DNA of 64,000 nucleotides from a virus. The notes below the pieces were generated by a model. It ran no database searches. It saw nothing but the letters and a program-made list of their open reading frames with translations, and was not told the DNA's origin. The position numbers were made by a program, and so were the translations under genes. Positions within the stretch are counted from its first letter, which is position 1, and each line of letters begins with the position of its first letter. Below, piece after piece: positions 1 to 9,427 of this stretch. The DNA is taken from IMG/VR virus record IMGVR_UViG_3300028844_007948, positions 32,001 to 96,000 of that record; one strand, 5' to 3'.

Positions 1-2
1 AT

Positions 3-761
3 AATTTTCTTCAGCCTCAAATTAAAATGGTTTGCAAGGCAATGGGTTTTAAAGTTTTCCCAACAGCAAAATTTGAAGAAATAGATATTAAAGATGAAGT
101 TCAGCTGCAGAGAGTAGTCACTAGATTAATTGAAATGGGGATATTGACTCCAGAACAAGGAGTTAAAGCTATTAAAACAGGAATATACCCAGAAGAATCT
201 GAAATCGAAAAAGCTCAAACTCATTATATAGAGAAAAGAAAAGAGGGAATGTATAATCCATTAGTTGGAGGGCTCCCTATGGTTGATGTAGATGGAGATG
301 GCCAGGTAGATACTATACCCAGCTCTAGCGAAGAAACTAACTCTCCTGGTCCTTCTTCAAAAACCCCAACGCCAAAAGGATCAGGGAGACCAGTGGGAAG
401 ACCTAGGGGAACCAAAGGTATACCAAGAACAGTAAATGCGGCGGAAGAGGAAATATATTCAAGAAAAGATATACAAGAAATTATATATAAAACTCAAGAC
501 CTGGAAGATCATATAAAAAAATCTTTTGCAAAAAAAATGAATAAAGATTTAAGCGATGATCATTTAGAAATGTGCAAAGAGTTAACTAAAAGTATAGTTT
601 TGGCGAAAGAGTCGAACCAATGGAAAAGATGCGCCAACTCTTGTATTAAAGATTATTCGAAGATAGAAAGTTTACCTGTATTAAAAAATATTTTAGACAT
701 TTCTGAAGAAAAAGAGTTAGAGGTTTATGCAGCATCGTTACTTTATCACAGTAAAAAATAA
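3..761 (+). CDS. Portal protein, C-terminal part (5' truncated by window)
   Basis: Frame is open from nt 3 (NFLQPQIKMVCKAMGF..P..KFEEI...DE...RLIEMGILTP), typical of portal C-termini, followed by a low-complexity GRP-rich tail. Lies directly upstream of protease/scaffold/MCP. Confidence 0.7.
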   Translation, partial: NFLQPQIKMVCKAMGFKVFPTAKFEEIDIKDEVQLQRVVTRLIEMGILTPEQGVKAIKTGIYPEESEIEKAQTHYIEKRKEGMYNPLVGGLPMVDVDGDGQVDTIPSSSEETNSPGPSSKTPTPKGSGRPVGRPRGTKGIPRTVNAAEEEIYSRKDIQEIIYKTQDLEDHIKKSFAKKMNKDLSDDHLEMCKELTKSIVLAKESNQWKRCANSCIKDYSKIESLPVLKNILDISEEKELEVYAASLLYHSKK

Positions 762-777
762 CGTTTAACTTTTTTTT

Positions 778-785
778 GTGTAATA
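778..785 (+). promoter_or_regulatory. Putative phage late promoter element GTGTAATA
   Basis: GTGTA-type motif recurs 14-39 nt upstream of many structural gene starts (see findings). Confidence 0.5.
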
Positions 786-816
786 TGCTTTGTACCAGTT
801 CCTTCAATAAATAACT

Positions 817-2436
817 ATGTATAAATATAAAACATTTTTTTCAAGCGAAATACAGGCTTCTACTTTTTCAAAGGATCAGGGGGATAACATATCTAAAGCT
901 TCCTTGGAGTCTCTGAAATCTTTAATGCCTAATAATATAGATTTAGAAGGTAATATAGATTTACTAGCTGTAGCATTTAATGCTGCGGTCGTAAATGTGT
1001 TCAATAAAAATCATGATGGAATAAATACCGAAACAGCCAAAGCGGTTTCTAAATATTTTATTCACAAGCCTACTAATATAGAACACAAGAAGCAAAAAGT
1101 AGTAGGGCATATTATATCTTCTGGTTATTCAAAATTTGGGACAAATGAAATAATTAAAGCTGAAGATATAGAAGATTCTTACGAACCTTTCAATATAGCA
1201 CTATCTGCATTAGTTTATAAAACAGTCAATTCAGACTTCGCAGATCTTATAGAGAAATCATCGAATCCAGAAGATGGAATGTATAATACAATTTCAGCGA
1301 GCTGGGAAATAGGATTCAATGATTATGCAATAGCAGTAGGGAGCAAAAATTTAAAAGAGGCTGAAATTATAACTGATAAAGTTCATAAAGAAGAATTAAA
1401 AAAATATTTAAAAGCTTTTGATGGAGAGGGATTAATGGATGATGGTACTGAAATTTATAGGCTAGTAGCTGGCGATGTATACCCTTTAGGGATTGGATTT
1501 ACCACCAATCCCGCAGCAAATGTAAAGGGCTTAGTGAATATAGATAAAAAAAAAGAAGAGGTAATACAAGACTCGGAAGCTCAGGAAAAACCAGAAAAAA
1601 TAGAAATTAATTTTAATGATTTTTTAAAAAAAATAATAAATATTAAAAAAAATTCTTCACATACGGAAAAAACGCATGTAATTTCAGACAAACCGAATTT
1701 AATTAAAACCGTTCAAAAAATGGAAACTAAAGAACTAATCGATCAACTCAAGGATACAATCTTAGCATCTAGCTCTGATAAGTTTTCTGAAGAAGCCGTC
1801 GCTAACATCGTTAAAGTAGTATCTGATGCTATCAGAGAAAAGAGCGATGTCTACGTACAAGAAAAGGCTGAATTAGAAAATGAAAAACAAGAAGCTGAAG
1901 CCGCTAAGTTGGAATCTGAAAATAAGATTAAAGAACTTGAGGAAAAATTAACAGCATCTGAAGGAATACTTTCGAAGATTCAAGCAGAGCAAGAAGAAGC
2001 AAAAAGACTTCAAATTTTCAATGATAGAATGAGCTCTATCGATGAGAGTTATGAGTTATCTGATGAAGATAGGAAAATCTTAGCTTCTGAAATTAAAGAT
2101 TTATCGAATGAAGATGAAGCTTTTGCAACATATAATGACAAGTTGCAAGTCATCTACAAGCACAAAAGCAAATCCTTTCTTGAAGAACAAGAAAAAGCTT
2201 TTAATGAAAAAGTTCTAGCAGAAGTAGAAAAAAGAATATCTTCAACTACTGAAGCATCTGAAGCAACCGAATCAGCAGAAGAAGTTGTAGAAGATCAAGT
2301 AGAAGAAGTTCTTGAAAACGTTGAATCAAGCGAGGACATTTCCTCAAACAACGGAGAGTCTACAGAAAAAGAACTATCTTTAGCCGATAAATTTAAATCA
2401 GCTTTCACCAAAGAATCCATAACAATTAAATACTAA
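817..2436 (+). CDS. Prohead maturation protease fused to coiled-coil scaffold
   Basis: N-terminal ~240 aa has HKPTNIEH, SASWEIG and GIGFTTNPA motifs like HK97/herpes-fold prohead proteases. C-terminal half is an acidic coiled coil. Located between portal and capsid genes. Confidence 0.75.
   Translation: MYKYKTFFSSEIQASTFSKDQGDNISKASLESLKSLMPNNIDLEGNIDLLAVAFNAAVVNVFNKNHDGINTETAKAVSKYFIHKPTNIEHKKQKVVGHIISSGYSKFGTNEIIKAEDIEDSYEPFNIALSALVYKTVNSDFADLIEKSSNPEDGMYNTISASWEIGFNDYAIAVGSKNLKEAEIITDKVHKEELKKYLKAFDGEGLMDDGTEIYRLVAGDVYPLGIGFTTNPAANVKGLVNIDKKKEEVIQDSEAQEKPEKIEINFNDFLKKIINIKKNSSHTEKTHVISDKPNLIKTVQKMETKELIDQLKDTILASSSDKFSEEAVANIVKVVSDAIREKSDVYVQEKAELENEKQEAEAAKLESENKIKELEEKLTASEGILSKIQAEQEEAKRLQIFNDRMSSIDESYELSDEDRKILASEIKDLSNEDEAFATYNDKLQVIYKHKSKSFLEEQEKAFNEKVLAEVEKRISSTTEASEATESAEEVVEDQVEEVLENVESSEDISSNNGESTEKELSLADKFKSAFTKESITIKY
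1651..1700 (+). promoter_or_regulatory. Putative strong internal promoter TTCACAT-N14-TGTAATTT-N6-AACC(G)AATTT
   Basis: Same blocks at identical spacing recur at 9341-9390 upstream of the tail tube gene. Lies just before in-frame ATG 1720. Confidence 0.6.
1720..2436 (+). CDS. Nested scaffolding protein (in-frame internal start, METKELIDQ..., 238 aa)
   Basis: In-frame ATG after an A-rich leader and the internal promoter motif. Product is purely coiled-coil/acidic. Analogous to the lambda C/Nu3 arrangement. Confidence 0.55.
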   Translation: METKELIDQLKDTILASSSDKFSEEAVANIVKVVSDAIREKSDVYVQEKAELENEKQEAEAAKLESENKIKELEEKLTASEGILSKIQAEQEEAKRLQIFNDRMSSIDESYELSDEDRKILASEIKDLSNEDEAFATYNDKLQVIYKHKSKSFLEEQEKAFNEKVLAEVEKRISSTTEASEATESAEEVVEDQVEEVLENVESSEDISSNNGESTEKELSLADKFKSAFTKESITIKY

Positions 2437-2442
2437 TAAACC

Positions 2443-3120
2443 ATGGCACACAGACTATTACCTTTTAGACAGTACGACGAGAATGACGTAGTCAATCTCT
2501 TCTCCCTGGACGCTAAGACCTTGAGTTCAGACCTCAAGCTCATGAAGCCAGGCGACGATGATATTAACGCAGACGGAGTTCTTGTTTCCGTAACCAACGG
2601 AAACATGACTGAGAACGATGTTATTGAACTTGGCGAAGACAGCAGATTCGCAAACAACTATAGTTCTCCAGTAGGTCGCAATCCTTATCCTACCAATCCT
2701 CTCAAAGTTGCTCCTGCAGCTTCTGGAGTTAATCCTCTTGGTGTTACTCTTAATCAAACTCTTGCAGTTGACGAGAATGGAGAAAGCTTGCTTTTCAATC
2801 CAATCAAGAAAGACGAGCTTCAAGCTGTTCTTTCTGGTCAAACCGTTCCAGTTTTAGGAAAGGGCATTATTACTGTGCATGAAAATGCCACACATGTAGG
2901 CGCAATTGGAGCTGAAGAAGCAATAATTGGATCAAATGTAATCTGCGGAGGAGAAGGTAAATTCGCATTCTTGGCGGCTCAAGCTGCTGGTGCCAGAACT
3001 CAGAGGATCGGAAAATTGATAGCTACTGGTCACAGAGGCGGAGGACAAGCGAACAGATCTCCAGGGGTCAACGCTGACTTCCAGAGCGGTACCTACTATG
3101 TAATTAATCTAGATTGCTAA
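2443..3120 (+). CDS. Head decoration/cement protein
   Basis: 225 aa between scaffold and MCP. NPLGVTL and AVLSGQTVPVLGKGII segments resemble beta-tulip decoration proteins. Confidence 0.55.
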   Translation: MAHRLLPFRQYDENDVVNLFSLDAKTLSSDLKLMKPGDDDINADGVLVSVTNGNMTENDVIELGEDSRFANNYSSPVGRNPYPTNPLKVAPAASGVNPLGVTLNQTLAVDENGESLLFNPIKKDELQAVLSGQTVPVLGKGIITVHENATHVGAIGAEEAIIGSNVICGGEGKFAFLAAQAAGARTQRIGKLIATGHRGGGQANRSPGVNADFQSGTYYVINLDC

Positions 3121-3150
3121 AATATTAACATTTAACATATAAGTTTTAAA

Positions 3151-4197
3151 ATGAATATTACACTAAAGAGAACCGACGAGCAAATCGAACTAGTCAAGGC
3201 TATGGCCTCCAAGGACAGAGCTGTTTCTTATGAAGCACAACAAGCTCTCGCTGCCTTTATCGGGCCTGTATTGGCTGAGGTAGTAGATAACGCTCCCACT
3301 TTAAGTAACCTGTTTTCCGCTTTTCAATTCGCTGCTGATGACAATCCAAGTATCCCTTTGGATCTTTATCATGATGTAACTGACGACGAGTATATCAAGG
3401 TTTACACTTCTAACACTGCTGGTGGTCTTCCTTCCAGTCATGTTACTCCCACCCATAGTGAGTTAAAGCTCGCTACTTACAGGTTGGAAAGTGCCATTGA
3501 CTTTGATAAGCGTTATGCATCACGTTCAAGACTTGATGTCGTGAGTAAGAGCATGTCTAGACTTGCTCAGGAAATTATGCTTCAACAAGAAGCTGCTTCC
3601 GCAAGCTTGATCATGGGCACCATCTCTGACAACGAGAACAAGTGCTATACCACGACTGAGGTTGGCGCCACTCTTGATATGGACGACTTTAATGCCCTTC
3701 TTACCAAGGCCAAAAGAAACAATCCTGCATGGAATGCTGGTACTCCTGAGCGTAGCCGTGGAATTACCGATCTTATTGTTTCTCCAGAGGTTGTTCAACA
3801 ATTGAGATCTTTTGCTTACAATCCAATTTCAACCACGGGTGATTTTATTCCTGCTAGCGATGCTACAAGAAACACCTTGTTCTCACAAGCTGGAATGACT
3901 GAGTTCTTTGGAATTTCCATCATGGAGATTTACGAGCTAGGACCAAACCAAAAATACCAACAAGTAGCTAAAAAGCTAATTGGCGGTCATGCTACAAATG
4001 ATTTCGCTCTTGCTCTTGACAGAAGTCGTGAGTCTATGCTTCGTGCAGTTGCTGTTGATGCTGAGTCAGGAACTTCCTTGACTGTTAATGCTGACGATCA
4101 GTACGTTACCAGACAAAAGAAGATCGGTTACTATACCGAACTTGAAGAAGGTCGTACTATCATCAACGATAGCGCAATCATCGGTTTGGGTATCTAA
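3151..4197 (+). CDS. Major capsid protein (HK97 fold)
   Basis: 348 aa, expected position, TDLIVSPEV and FFGISI P/A-domain-like motifs, strong terminator downstream. Confidence 0.8.
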   Translation: MNITLKRTDEQIELVKAMASKDRAVSYEAQQALAAFIGPVLAEVVDNAPTLSNLFSAFQFAADDNPSIPLDLYHDVTDDEYIKVYTSNTAGGLPSSHVTPTHSELKLATYRLESAIDFDKRYASRSRLDVVSKSMSRLAQEIMLQQEAASASLIMGTISDNENKCYTTTEVGATLDMDDFNALLTKAKRNNPAWNAGTPERSRGITDLIVSPEVVQQLRSFAYNPISTTGDFIPASDATRNTLFSQAGMTEFFGISIMEIYELGPNQKYQQVAKKLIGGHATNDFALALDRSRESMLRAVAVDAESGTSLTVNADDQYVTRQKKIGYYTELEEGRTIINDSAIIGLGI

Positions 4198-4220
4198 AAA
4201 TACTCAATTGAGTTTAGAAA

Positions 4221-4254
4221 ACGCGGTAGCTTTCGAGTTACCGCGTTTTTTTTT
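4221..4254 (+). terminator. Rho-independent terminator after MCP
   Basis: ACGCGGTAGCT-TTCG-AGTTACCGCGT: 11-bp stem (one GU pair), UUCG loop, then T9. Confidence 0.9.
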
Positions 4255-4325
4255 GGATTTTTTTTGATGAAAAAGTATAATATATTGTGTAGATATATTG
4301 TACACATGCCAACCATTTAAATATC

Positions 4326-4718
4326 ATGCCTAGAAAAAAAACAACCACCACAAAGAAAAGAGTAAAGAAGGAAATAGAATTTGCAGACGGCAAAGTTGAA
4401 GACGAAAAACACGCTCTATCTAAAGACATAGAAGAAATTTTAATGCCATCGAAAAATCCTTTCGGAACAAACTCTCAGGAAGAATTAGATGAAAGCCTGG
4501 AGGGAATGAACCTCAGGCAAATGCAAGAACTTGCGGTAAAGGCTAGTGTATTTCCTTCTGGGAACAAAACCACTCTTAAGAGAAAAATTAAAAAAGAATT
4601 TTCAGTAAAATTTGGAACTAAAGATGGGTCTAGGAAGTACAACTTCCCAACAGAATCCCCGCTGGTAAAAGACGAACAAGTTGCAAAAAGCGTACTAGAA
4701 ATATTAAATAAAAGATGA
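4326..4718 (+). CDS. Hypothetical protein with SAP/HeH-like helix-extension-helix motif
   Basis: MNLRQMQELAVKASVFPSGNKTTLKRKI resembles SAP/Rho-N motifs. Basic N-terminus. Confidence 0.45.
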   Translation: MPRKKTTTTKKRVKKEIEFADGKVEDEKHALSKDIEEILMPSKNPFGTNSQEELDESLEGMNLRQMQELAVKASVFPSGNKTTLKRKIKKEFSVKFGTKDGSRKYNFPTESPLVKDEQVAKSVLEILNKR

Positions 4719-5233
4719 GCTATAGCTTTGACCATTCGGTCAATGAAATCGGCAACTTAGCATCAGGAATATACAAATTTGATTTCGACGAAAATAGTCA
4801 ATTTGTAAACCCTAGTTATCTTTCTGGTTGGTTGCAGAATAATATTGGCGAACTAAATGTTCTTACCCACACTAATTATAGTGGGGTGAATCCTGGCATG
4901 GGAAGCCAAGAACAAAGTATATATAGGCATATCTTTTTACGCGATTACTACAAGAAGTTGGGAAGAAAAGCTTTATTAGGGGTGAGTTATATTCCTTCAT
5001 CTCAATCAGGATCAGGAGAAGTTGTAACATCAGATTGGACAGAACTAAGAGAAGGAGATAGTGTAATTAAGAGGAAGGCTATGCTAGCAAGTCCTTCAGA
5101 AAAAATCACCACATCAAGGCAATACACCCAGCTTTCTAATGAATCAGCAAATGAATTAGAAAAATTATTATACAAGTATAATATATCAAAAGGCGGGCCA
5201 AGGCAGGTAGCAGGAAAAGACTCTCCTGCTTAA
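4715..5233 (+). CDS. Putative head-tail adaptor
   Basis: 172 aa, helical with a beta hairpin (WTELREGDSVIKR). Positioned after MCP. Confidence 0.5.
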   Translation: MSYSFDHSVNEIGNLASGIYKFDFDENSQFVNPSYLSGWLQNNIGELNVLTHTNYSGVNPGMGSQEQSIYRHIFLRDYYKKLGRKALLGVSYIPSSQSGSGEVVTSDWTELREGDSVIKRKAMLASPSEKITTSRQYTQLSNESANELEKLLYKYNISKGGPRQVAGKDSPA

Positions 5234-6219
5234 GAAAGATCCATAAGATCTTTCATGTTAAGGCTACCCCCTTTTTTTCTCGCAGCTTCAGAAAGTGAGC
5301 TTCCAGATTTAATGGAAGTTTTTTCGACTCCCATGTATTCGTAATCTTCTGCGGTTGCGCCAAAAACAGTAGAGGCTCCATCTTTATTTAAATGCTCTTT
5401 CATTTTCTCTCTACTTTTAGAGTTGCTTGAAAAATCTAATAATGCCGCTGGATCTTTTCTTATTTTTTCGGGGATATCTTGGTTGTTATCGAATATATTT
5501 TTAAAAACTCTACTGTAAGTTAGTATAGATAACTGGTTATTAGTTAAATCAATTGCAGACTTACCAAAAAAACTATGTGGGCCGTCAGCCATATACATAA
5601 ATGGAAAAAAGAATTCCTCTAAAATTATTTTTTGTATATTTTCCTCGCTGACAGATTTTACAACAGAATTATTTATTTCTGTTAGCTCTTTTATTTCACT
5701 GTAAGATAAGCTTGCAAAAAAATCATCAGACAAATATTTAGTTTTAAGATCTTTATCTTTGTAAAAACAATTTATGATAAAGTAATCATTTATTTGTTTG
5801 GAAGAATAACTTTCTGCAGTATTTCCAAGTATAGATTGCCTCTCAGACAATTTATTATTTAATTTTCCCTGCTCTTCATCGATTATTTTTTGATGAGCAT
5901 CTCTTTCTGATTTTAAATTTAAATTAGATTTTGTTTTTAATAAGTTATCTATAAAAATTTCTTGACCATCTATAAATGACTCATCTTTTTCTGACCAAAT
6001 ATCATTTTCTATAGCTTCCTCTAAGCATTTTTTCTCAGTTTGCAGACCTCTTCCTATAGCTTTCTTTAAGAAAAGGTCTTGCTTTTCATTGATGTCTATG
6101 TAATCGTTTGCATGGAGGTGCTTTACATAAACTTCCTCTTTTTTGTAATAAGATTTGCTATACCCTAGGCAAACATCTCTAAATATTTTTCTGTAGAAGT
6201 AATCGTCTTTCTCATACAT
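5230..6219 (-). CDS. Putative tail assembly chaperone-like protein (paralog of 6212..6973)
   Basis: Shares RGLxT, [ST]ExD and TA[ED]S...FY motifs with its neighbour. Helical. Confidence 0.4.
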   Translation of the reverse strand: MYEKDDYFYRKIFRDVCLGYSKSYYKKEEVYVKHLHANDYIDINEKQDLFLKKAIGRGLQTEKKCLEEAIENDIWSEKDESFIDGQEIFIDNLLKTKSNLNLKSERDAHQKIIDEEQGKLNNKLSERQSILGNTAESYSSKQINDYFIINCFYKDKDLKTKYLSDDFFASLSYSEIKELTEINNSVVKSVSEENIQKIILEEFFFPFMYMADGPHSFFGKSAIDLTNNQLSILTYSRVFKNIFDNNQDIPEKIRKDPAALLDFSSNSKSREKMKEHLNKDGASTVFGATAEDYEYMGVEKTSIKSGSSLSEAARKKGGSLNMKDLMDLS

Positions 6220-6973
6220 TTCCAGAGTCTATATCGTCATTCAAACTATCGAAATCTTCTTTTGACGCGTTAGCACTGAAATACCAAAAACTTAATACAG
6301 ATAAAAGTTTATCTTTAACAAGGTCAAAGATTTCATGGCCGTTTTCATCAATATCATAATATTGTTCTATTTTATCTTGAACTTCTTCTCCGTTAAAGAA
6401 TGGCTTAGCATCAAGATCTTCGTCTTCTTGATAAAAAGACAAATGGACTAAATACCACAATATAACTTTATTTTGAGCTTTGCTGTCTGCGGTATGATTA
6501 AAAAGCGAAGAGTAAGATGTTTCCATGTCTACTATATCCCTCCTCTTTTCTGCCATTTCACCTAAGAGGTTACTTAACTTTTTTTCATCCTTATCATCCT
6601 TTTTTGGCTTGGAGGAAAGCCTGCTGTATCTATTTTGGAGATCTCCAAGTTCGCTATACCTTCGAGTTAGAAGTTTGGCATCATCTTCTGTTAGAAGGCC
6701 TCCTGTGTCACTATATTTTTTAGCTAGCATTGCTTTTGTAAGAATGCCCCTCTTAATGCATTTACTCATCTCAATGCTATATTCAATGTCAGCTTCTTCT
6801 AAATCTCTTCTATTTGGCTCTTTCAATATAATTTTAACTGGTACTGGCTTCTTTTTGGTTTCCTCAACGGAGTATTCTTCCATCTTGCCAGTTTCTTTAT
6901 TCTTTCTTTTCTTTGTTACTGATTCTGTGACGTCTCTTTCGACATCAACACTGAAGCTATATATTTCTTTCAT
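6212..6973 (-). CDS. Putative tail assembly chaperone-like protein
   Basis: KIILKEPNRRDLEEA pattern resembles tail chaperone N-termini. Helical. Sits in the neck/tail region. Confidence 0.4.
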   Translation of the reverse strand: MKEIYSFSVDVERDVTESVTKKRKNKETGKMEEYSVEETKKKPVPVKIILKEPNRRDLEEADIEYSIEMSKCIKRGILTKAMLAKKYSDTGGLLTEDDAKLLTRRYSELGDLQNRYSRLSSKPKKDDKDEKKLSNLLGEMAEKRRDIVDMETSYSSLFNHTADSKAQNKVILWYLVHLSFYQEDEDLDAKPFFNGEEVQDKIEQYYDIDENGHEIFDLVKDKLLSVLSFWYFSANASKEDFDSLNDDIDSGNV

Positions 6974-6984
6974 ATTGATAGATG

Positions 6985-7290
6985 TTACTCGTAATAATTA
7001 TTGAATTTAAAATGCACTATGAATTTGTCAAGATCTTCATTTTGATTCCTTAAGGAATCGTTCCCCATATCTAATACTCTTTTTCTTAAGTATTGCATTT
7101 TCTTGAAATCAAAATAATTAGCTTGGTCAATCAGTGCGTGATATTTTTCAGGTAAAGAGATTTTTAATTTAGTAAAATGTATATTATGGTCTTCGTTCAA
7201 ATCTTCAAGTAGATGAAGGAAGCTTTTAAATAAACCTTTAACATGCTTTTCATATCTATCCTGAAGTATTTCCTTGTCTTTATCACTCAT
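6985..7290 (-). CDS. Hypothetical protein
   Basis: 101-aa ORF, first gene of the inverted block, phage-like codon usage. Confidence 0.6.
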   Translation of the reverse strand: MSDKDKEILQDRYEKHVKGLFKSFLHLLEDLNEDHNIHFTKLKISLPEKYHALIDQANYFDFKKMQYLRKRVLDMGNDSLRNQNEDLDKFIVHFKFNNYYE

Positions 7291-7358
7291 GATACAATTA
7301 AGATATTATATTTTAATAAATATTTTTTTCTATAAAAAGTGTAATTTATATTTAAGAC

Positions 7359-7817
7359 ATGCCTAATTTGATACCAGATTCCGAGAAACAGGCTTTACAG
7401 CAGGCTTTCAATGATATACATGATACCTTTTCTAGGCCAGTCTACTACATAAAAGAAGCTAAAACTGTAGTACTACAAACAAGCCCTTCGTTCAATTCTA
7501 TTTATAGCCAAGGAGCGTCGTTAAAAAAATCAATTAAAAAAACAATTAATTCTGGCCAGTTCAATGCTAGAATAACATATGACACAGATAAAGCTAATTC
7601 TTACTTGAATGACCCTGAGATAGATTCTCAATTAAAATTAAGACTCCCCGACGGATATGTTAGAATAAAAGTTGACTCCAGTGGATATAATATAATTAAG
7701 GAAACAAAGAGGGTTTTATTTGATGAAAGAACTTTTTCTATAGAAAGCGATGTCCGCCCTCACGGTCTTTTTTCACCCAGCTATTATACTTTCTTTTTAC
7801 TACCTACCGAAAAATAA
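7359..7817 (+). CDS. Putative head closure/stopper protein
   Basis: 152 aa, beta-rich (VLFDERTFSIESDVRPHG...YYTFFL). Neck position. GTGTAA motif at 7339. Confidence 0.5.
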   Translation: MPNLIPDSEKQALQQAFNDIHDTFSRPVYYIKEAKTVVLQTSPSFNSIYSQGASLKKSIKKTINSGQFNARITYDTDKANSYLNDPEIDSQLKLRLPDGYVRIKVDSSGYNIIKETKRVLFDERTFSIESDVRPHGLFSPSYYTFFLLPTEK

Positions 7818-7818
7818 G

Positions 7819-8466
7819 ATGATATCTAGCAGTGTAATTAGATCTATAAATTCTCAACTACAAAGAGAGATAGGAGCCAAAGTAGAAGCTATAGTAATAA
7901 AAGAATTTGAAGCAATTAAGCGACAAATGATAGATGAATTTGAAAATCATTTAATAACAAGAGAAATAGAAGCGGGAGAATCCTCTAGTAATATTAGCGG
8001 CACTCTTAGTGGTTATGGAAATTTATTTACATTTATAGGTTTTCAAGAAGGGGATAGTCCATTATCGGAAGTGAGAAGAAGATTGGAGGCAACATCTATA
8101 AGGAAGACTTCTTATCGAGCAGGTAAATGGGAATTCATAACAACAGAGCCGACTAAAGAGGAGTTATTCTCAATGACACCATTGCCTTGGGCAAGCGGAA
8201 GAAGCTGGATAGACGGAATAGAAACTGGCTTATCTGGACTAGGTTATTATTTATACATAAGAGGTAAAGATTTAAAAGGATCGAGGTCTGGACCTGCAAT
8301 ACAGCTAAAAGGCGGAAAGAAATCAGATTCAGCTTTTGGTGGAGATTCTACAGGTGGAGCAATTAAAAACCAGAGATCCAGGTACAAGAGAGTCTCTTAT
8401 ATGTCAAAGATTTTAAGAAATTTCAATGCGAAAACTTTAGCTTTAACAAAAAGGGCTATAACATGA
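7819..8466 (+). CDS. Putative neck/tail completion protein (likely start ATG 7819, not 7750)
   Basis: Lies between stopper and terminator genes. ATG 7819 follows the upstream stop by 1 nt. Confidence 0.45.
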   Translation: MISSSVIRSINSQLQREIGAKVEAIVIKEFEAIKRQMIDEFENHLITREIEAGESSSNISGTLSGYGNLFTFIGFQEGDSPLSEVRRRLEATSIRKTSYRAGKWEFITTEPTKEELFSMTPLPWASGRSWIDGIETGLSGLGYYLYIRGKDLKGSRSGPAIQLKGGKKSDSAFGGDSTGGAIKNQRSRYKRVSYMSKILRNFNAKTLALTKRAIT

Positions 8467-9323
8467 AGCCTAATTTCGCGCATGAAGCTACGACCAGTTT
8501 CTCGATGTGGTTTGAACATCACCTAGTGGAGCATGGAGAAGCATTCGAAAACAAAACTGGAATTTTGTATTATGTTGAGGACGAAAGGCTTCCCGATGGT
8601 TTCTTTAGGTACAGTAGTCCATACAAACAATGGGTAACAGAAAGCGGTGCAGGGGGAGCATTTGTACCAACTGGAATATCTGGATCTAACGGAATAATAG
8701 AGAAAAACAATAAAAGCGATGGATATTTTATAGACTTTAATAACGGAGGAATTGTTGTAACAGGAGATTCCGCATCAGACTCAATGAATCTAAGTGGAGC
8801 ATTCTCCGTTAAAGAGTTTAATATTTATAATACTAATGAGACAGAAGAATCTTTAGTAATCGAAAATAAGTTTGTAGCAAATAGTAGATTCTCTATACCA
8901 GAAAGTGGGATCGCTCCATATGACATGGTCACCCCTGCTGTTTTTATAAATAATGAATATATGGAAAACACTCCTTATGCATTTGGGGGTGAAGATAAAA
9001 CCACAGTAAGTTTCAAGTCAGTAGTTCTTGCGGAGAATTTATACCAATTAGATGGAATACTATCTTTGTTTTCTGATACAAGGAATGTATGCTTTCCTAA
9101 AATGAATTTTGAAGACTATCCTATAAACGAATATGGAGACCTGAAGACTGGAAAATACTCATACAAGGAATTGGTTTTACAGAAAGGAAGTAACCTTTTT
9201 AATATAGAAAGAGCTGTTACATCTAAGATAAGTGAGAACGTTAGAACTAAGATATCGCCTTCACTTTATGTAGGATTTATTGATTTTGAAATATCTCAAC
9301 CCAGATTTCCTAGGATTTATTAA
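8463..9323 (+). CDS. Putative tail terminator protein
   Basis: Immediately precedes the tail tube. C-terminal PAVFI...YAFGG...VVLAENLYQLDGILSLF pattern is gpU-like. Confidence 0.5.
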   Translation: MKPNFAHEATTSFSMWFEHHLVEHGEAFENKTGILYYVEDERLPDGFFRYSSPYKQWVTESGAGGAFVPTGISGSNGIIEKNNKSDGYFIDFNNGGIVVTGDSASDSMNLSGAFSVKEFNIYNTNETEESLVIENKFVANSRFSIPESGIAPYDMVTPAVFINNEYMENTPYAFGGEDKTTVSFKSVVLAENLYQLDGILSLFSDTRNVCFPKMNFEDYPINEYGDLKTGKYSYKELVLQKGSNLFNIERAVTSKISENVRTKISPSLYVGFIDFEISQPRFPRIY

Positions 9324-9340
9324 TTTTAATAAAAATAAAA

Positions 9341-9390
9341 AAATTTTCACATTATATTATATTTAATGTAATTTAGAATGAACCCAATTT
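9341..9390 (+). promoter_or_regulatory. Putative strong late promoter TTCACAT-N14-TGTAATTT-N6-AACC(C)AATTT
   Basis: Intergenic, upstream of the tail tube. Matches 1651-1700 with identical spacing. Confidence 0.6.
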
Positions 9391-9427
9391 GTCAAAATAT
9401 CAACATTAATTAACAACTTTAAAAATC

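Noticed and set aside
6200-6240. Programmed frameshift joining the two chaperone-like ORFs
   Set aside because: No clear slippery heptamer at the junction. The second ORF has its own ATG and is a full paralog.
7750-7818. ORF-track start sites at 7750, 52438, 58006, 61794, 40625, 43005 and 49056
   Set aside because: Downstream ATG/GTG starts give normal gene coupling and remove unlikely N-terminal extensions.
5061-7840. GTGTAATTA copies at 5061 and 7832
   Set aside because: Inside coding sequence and not positioned before a gene start; treated as probable chance matches.
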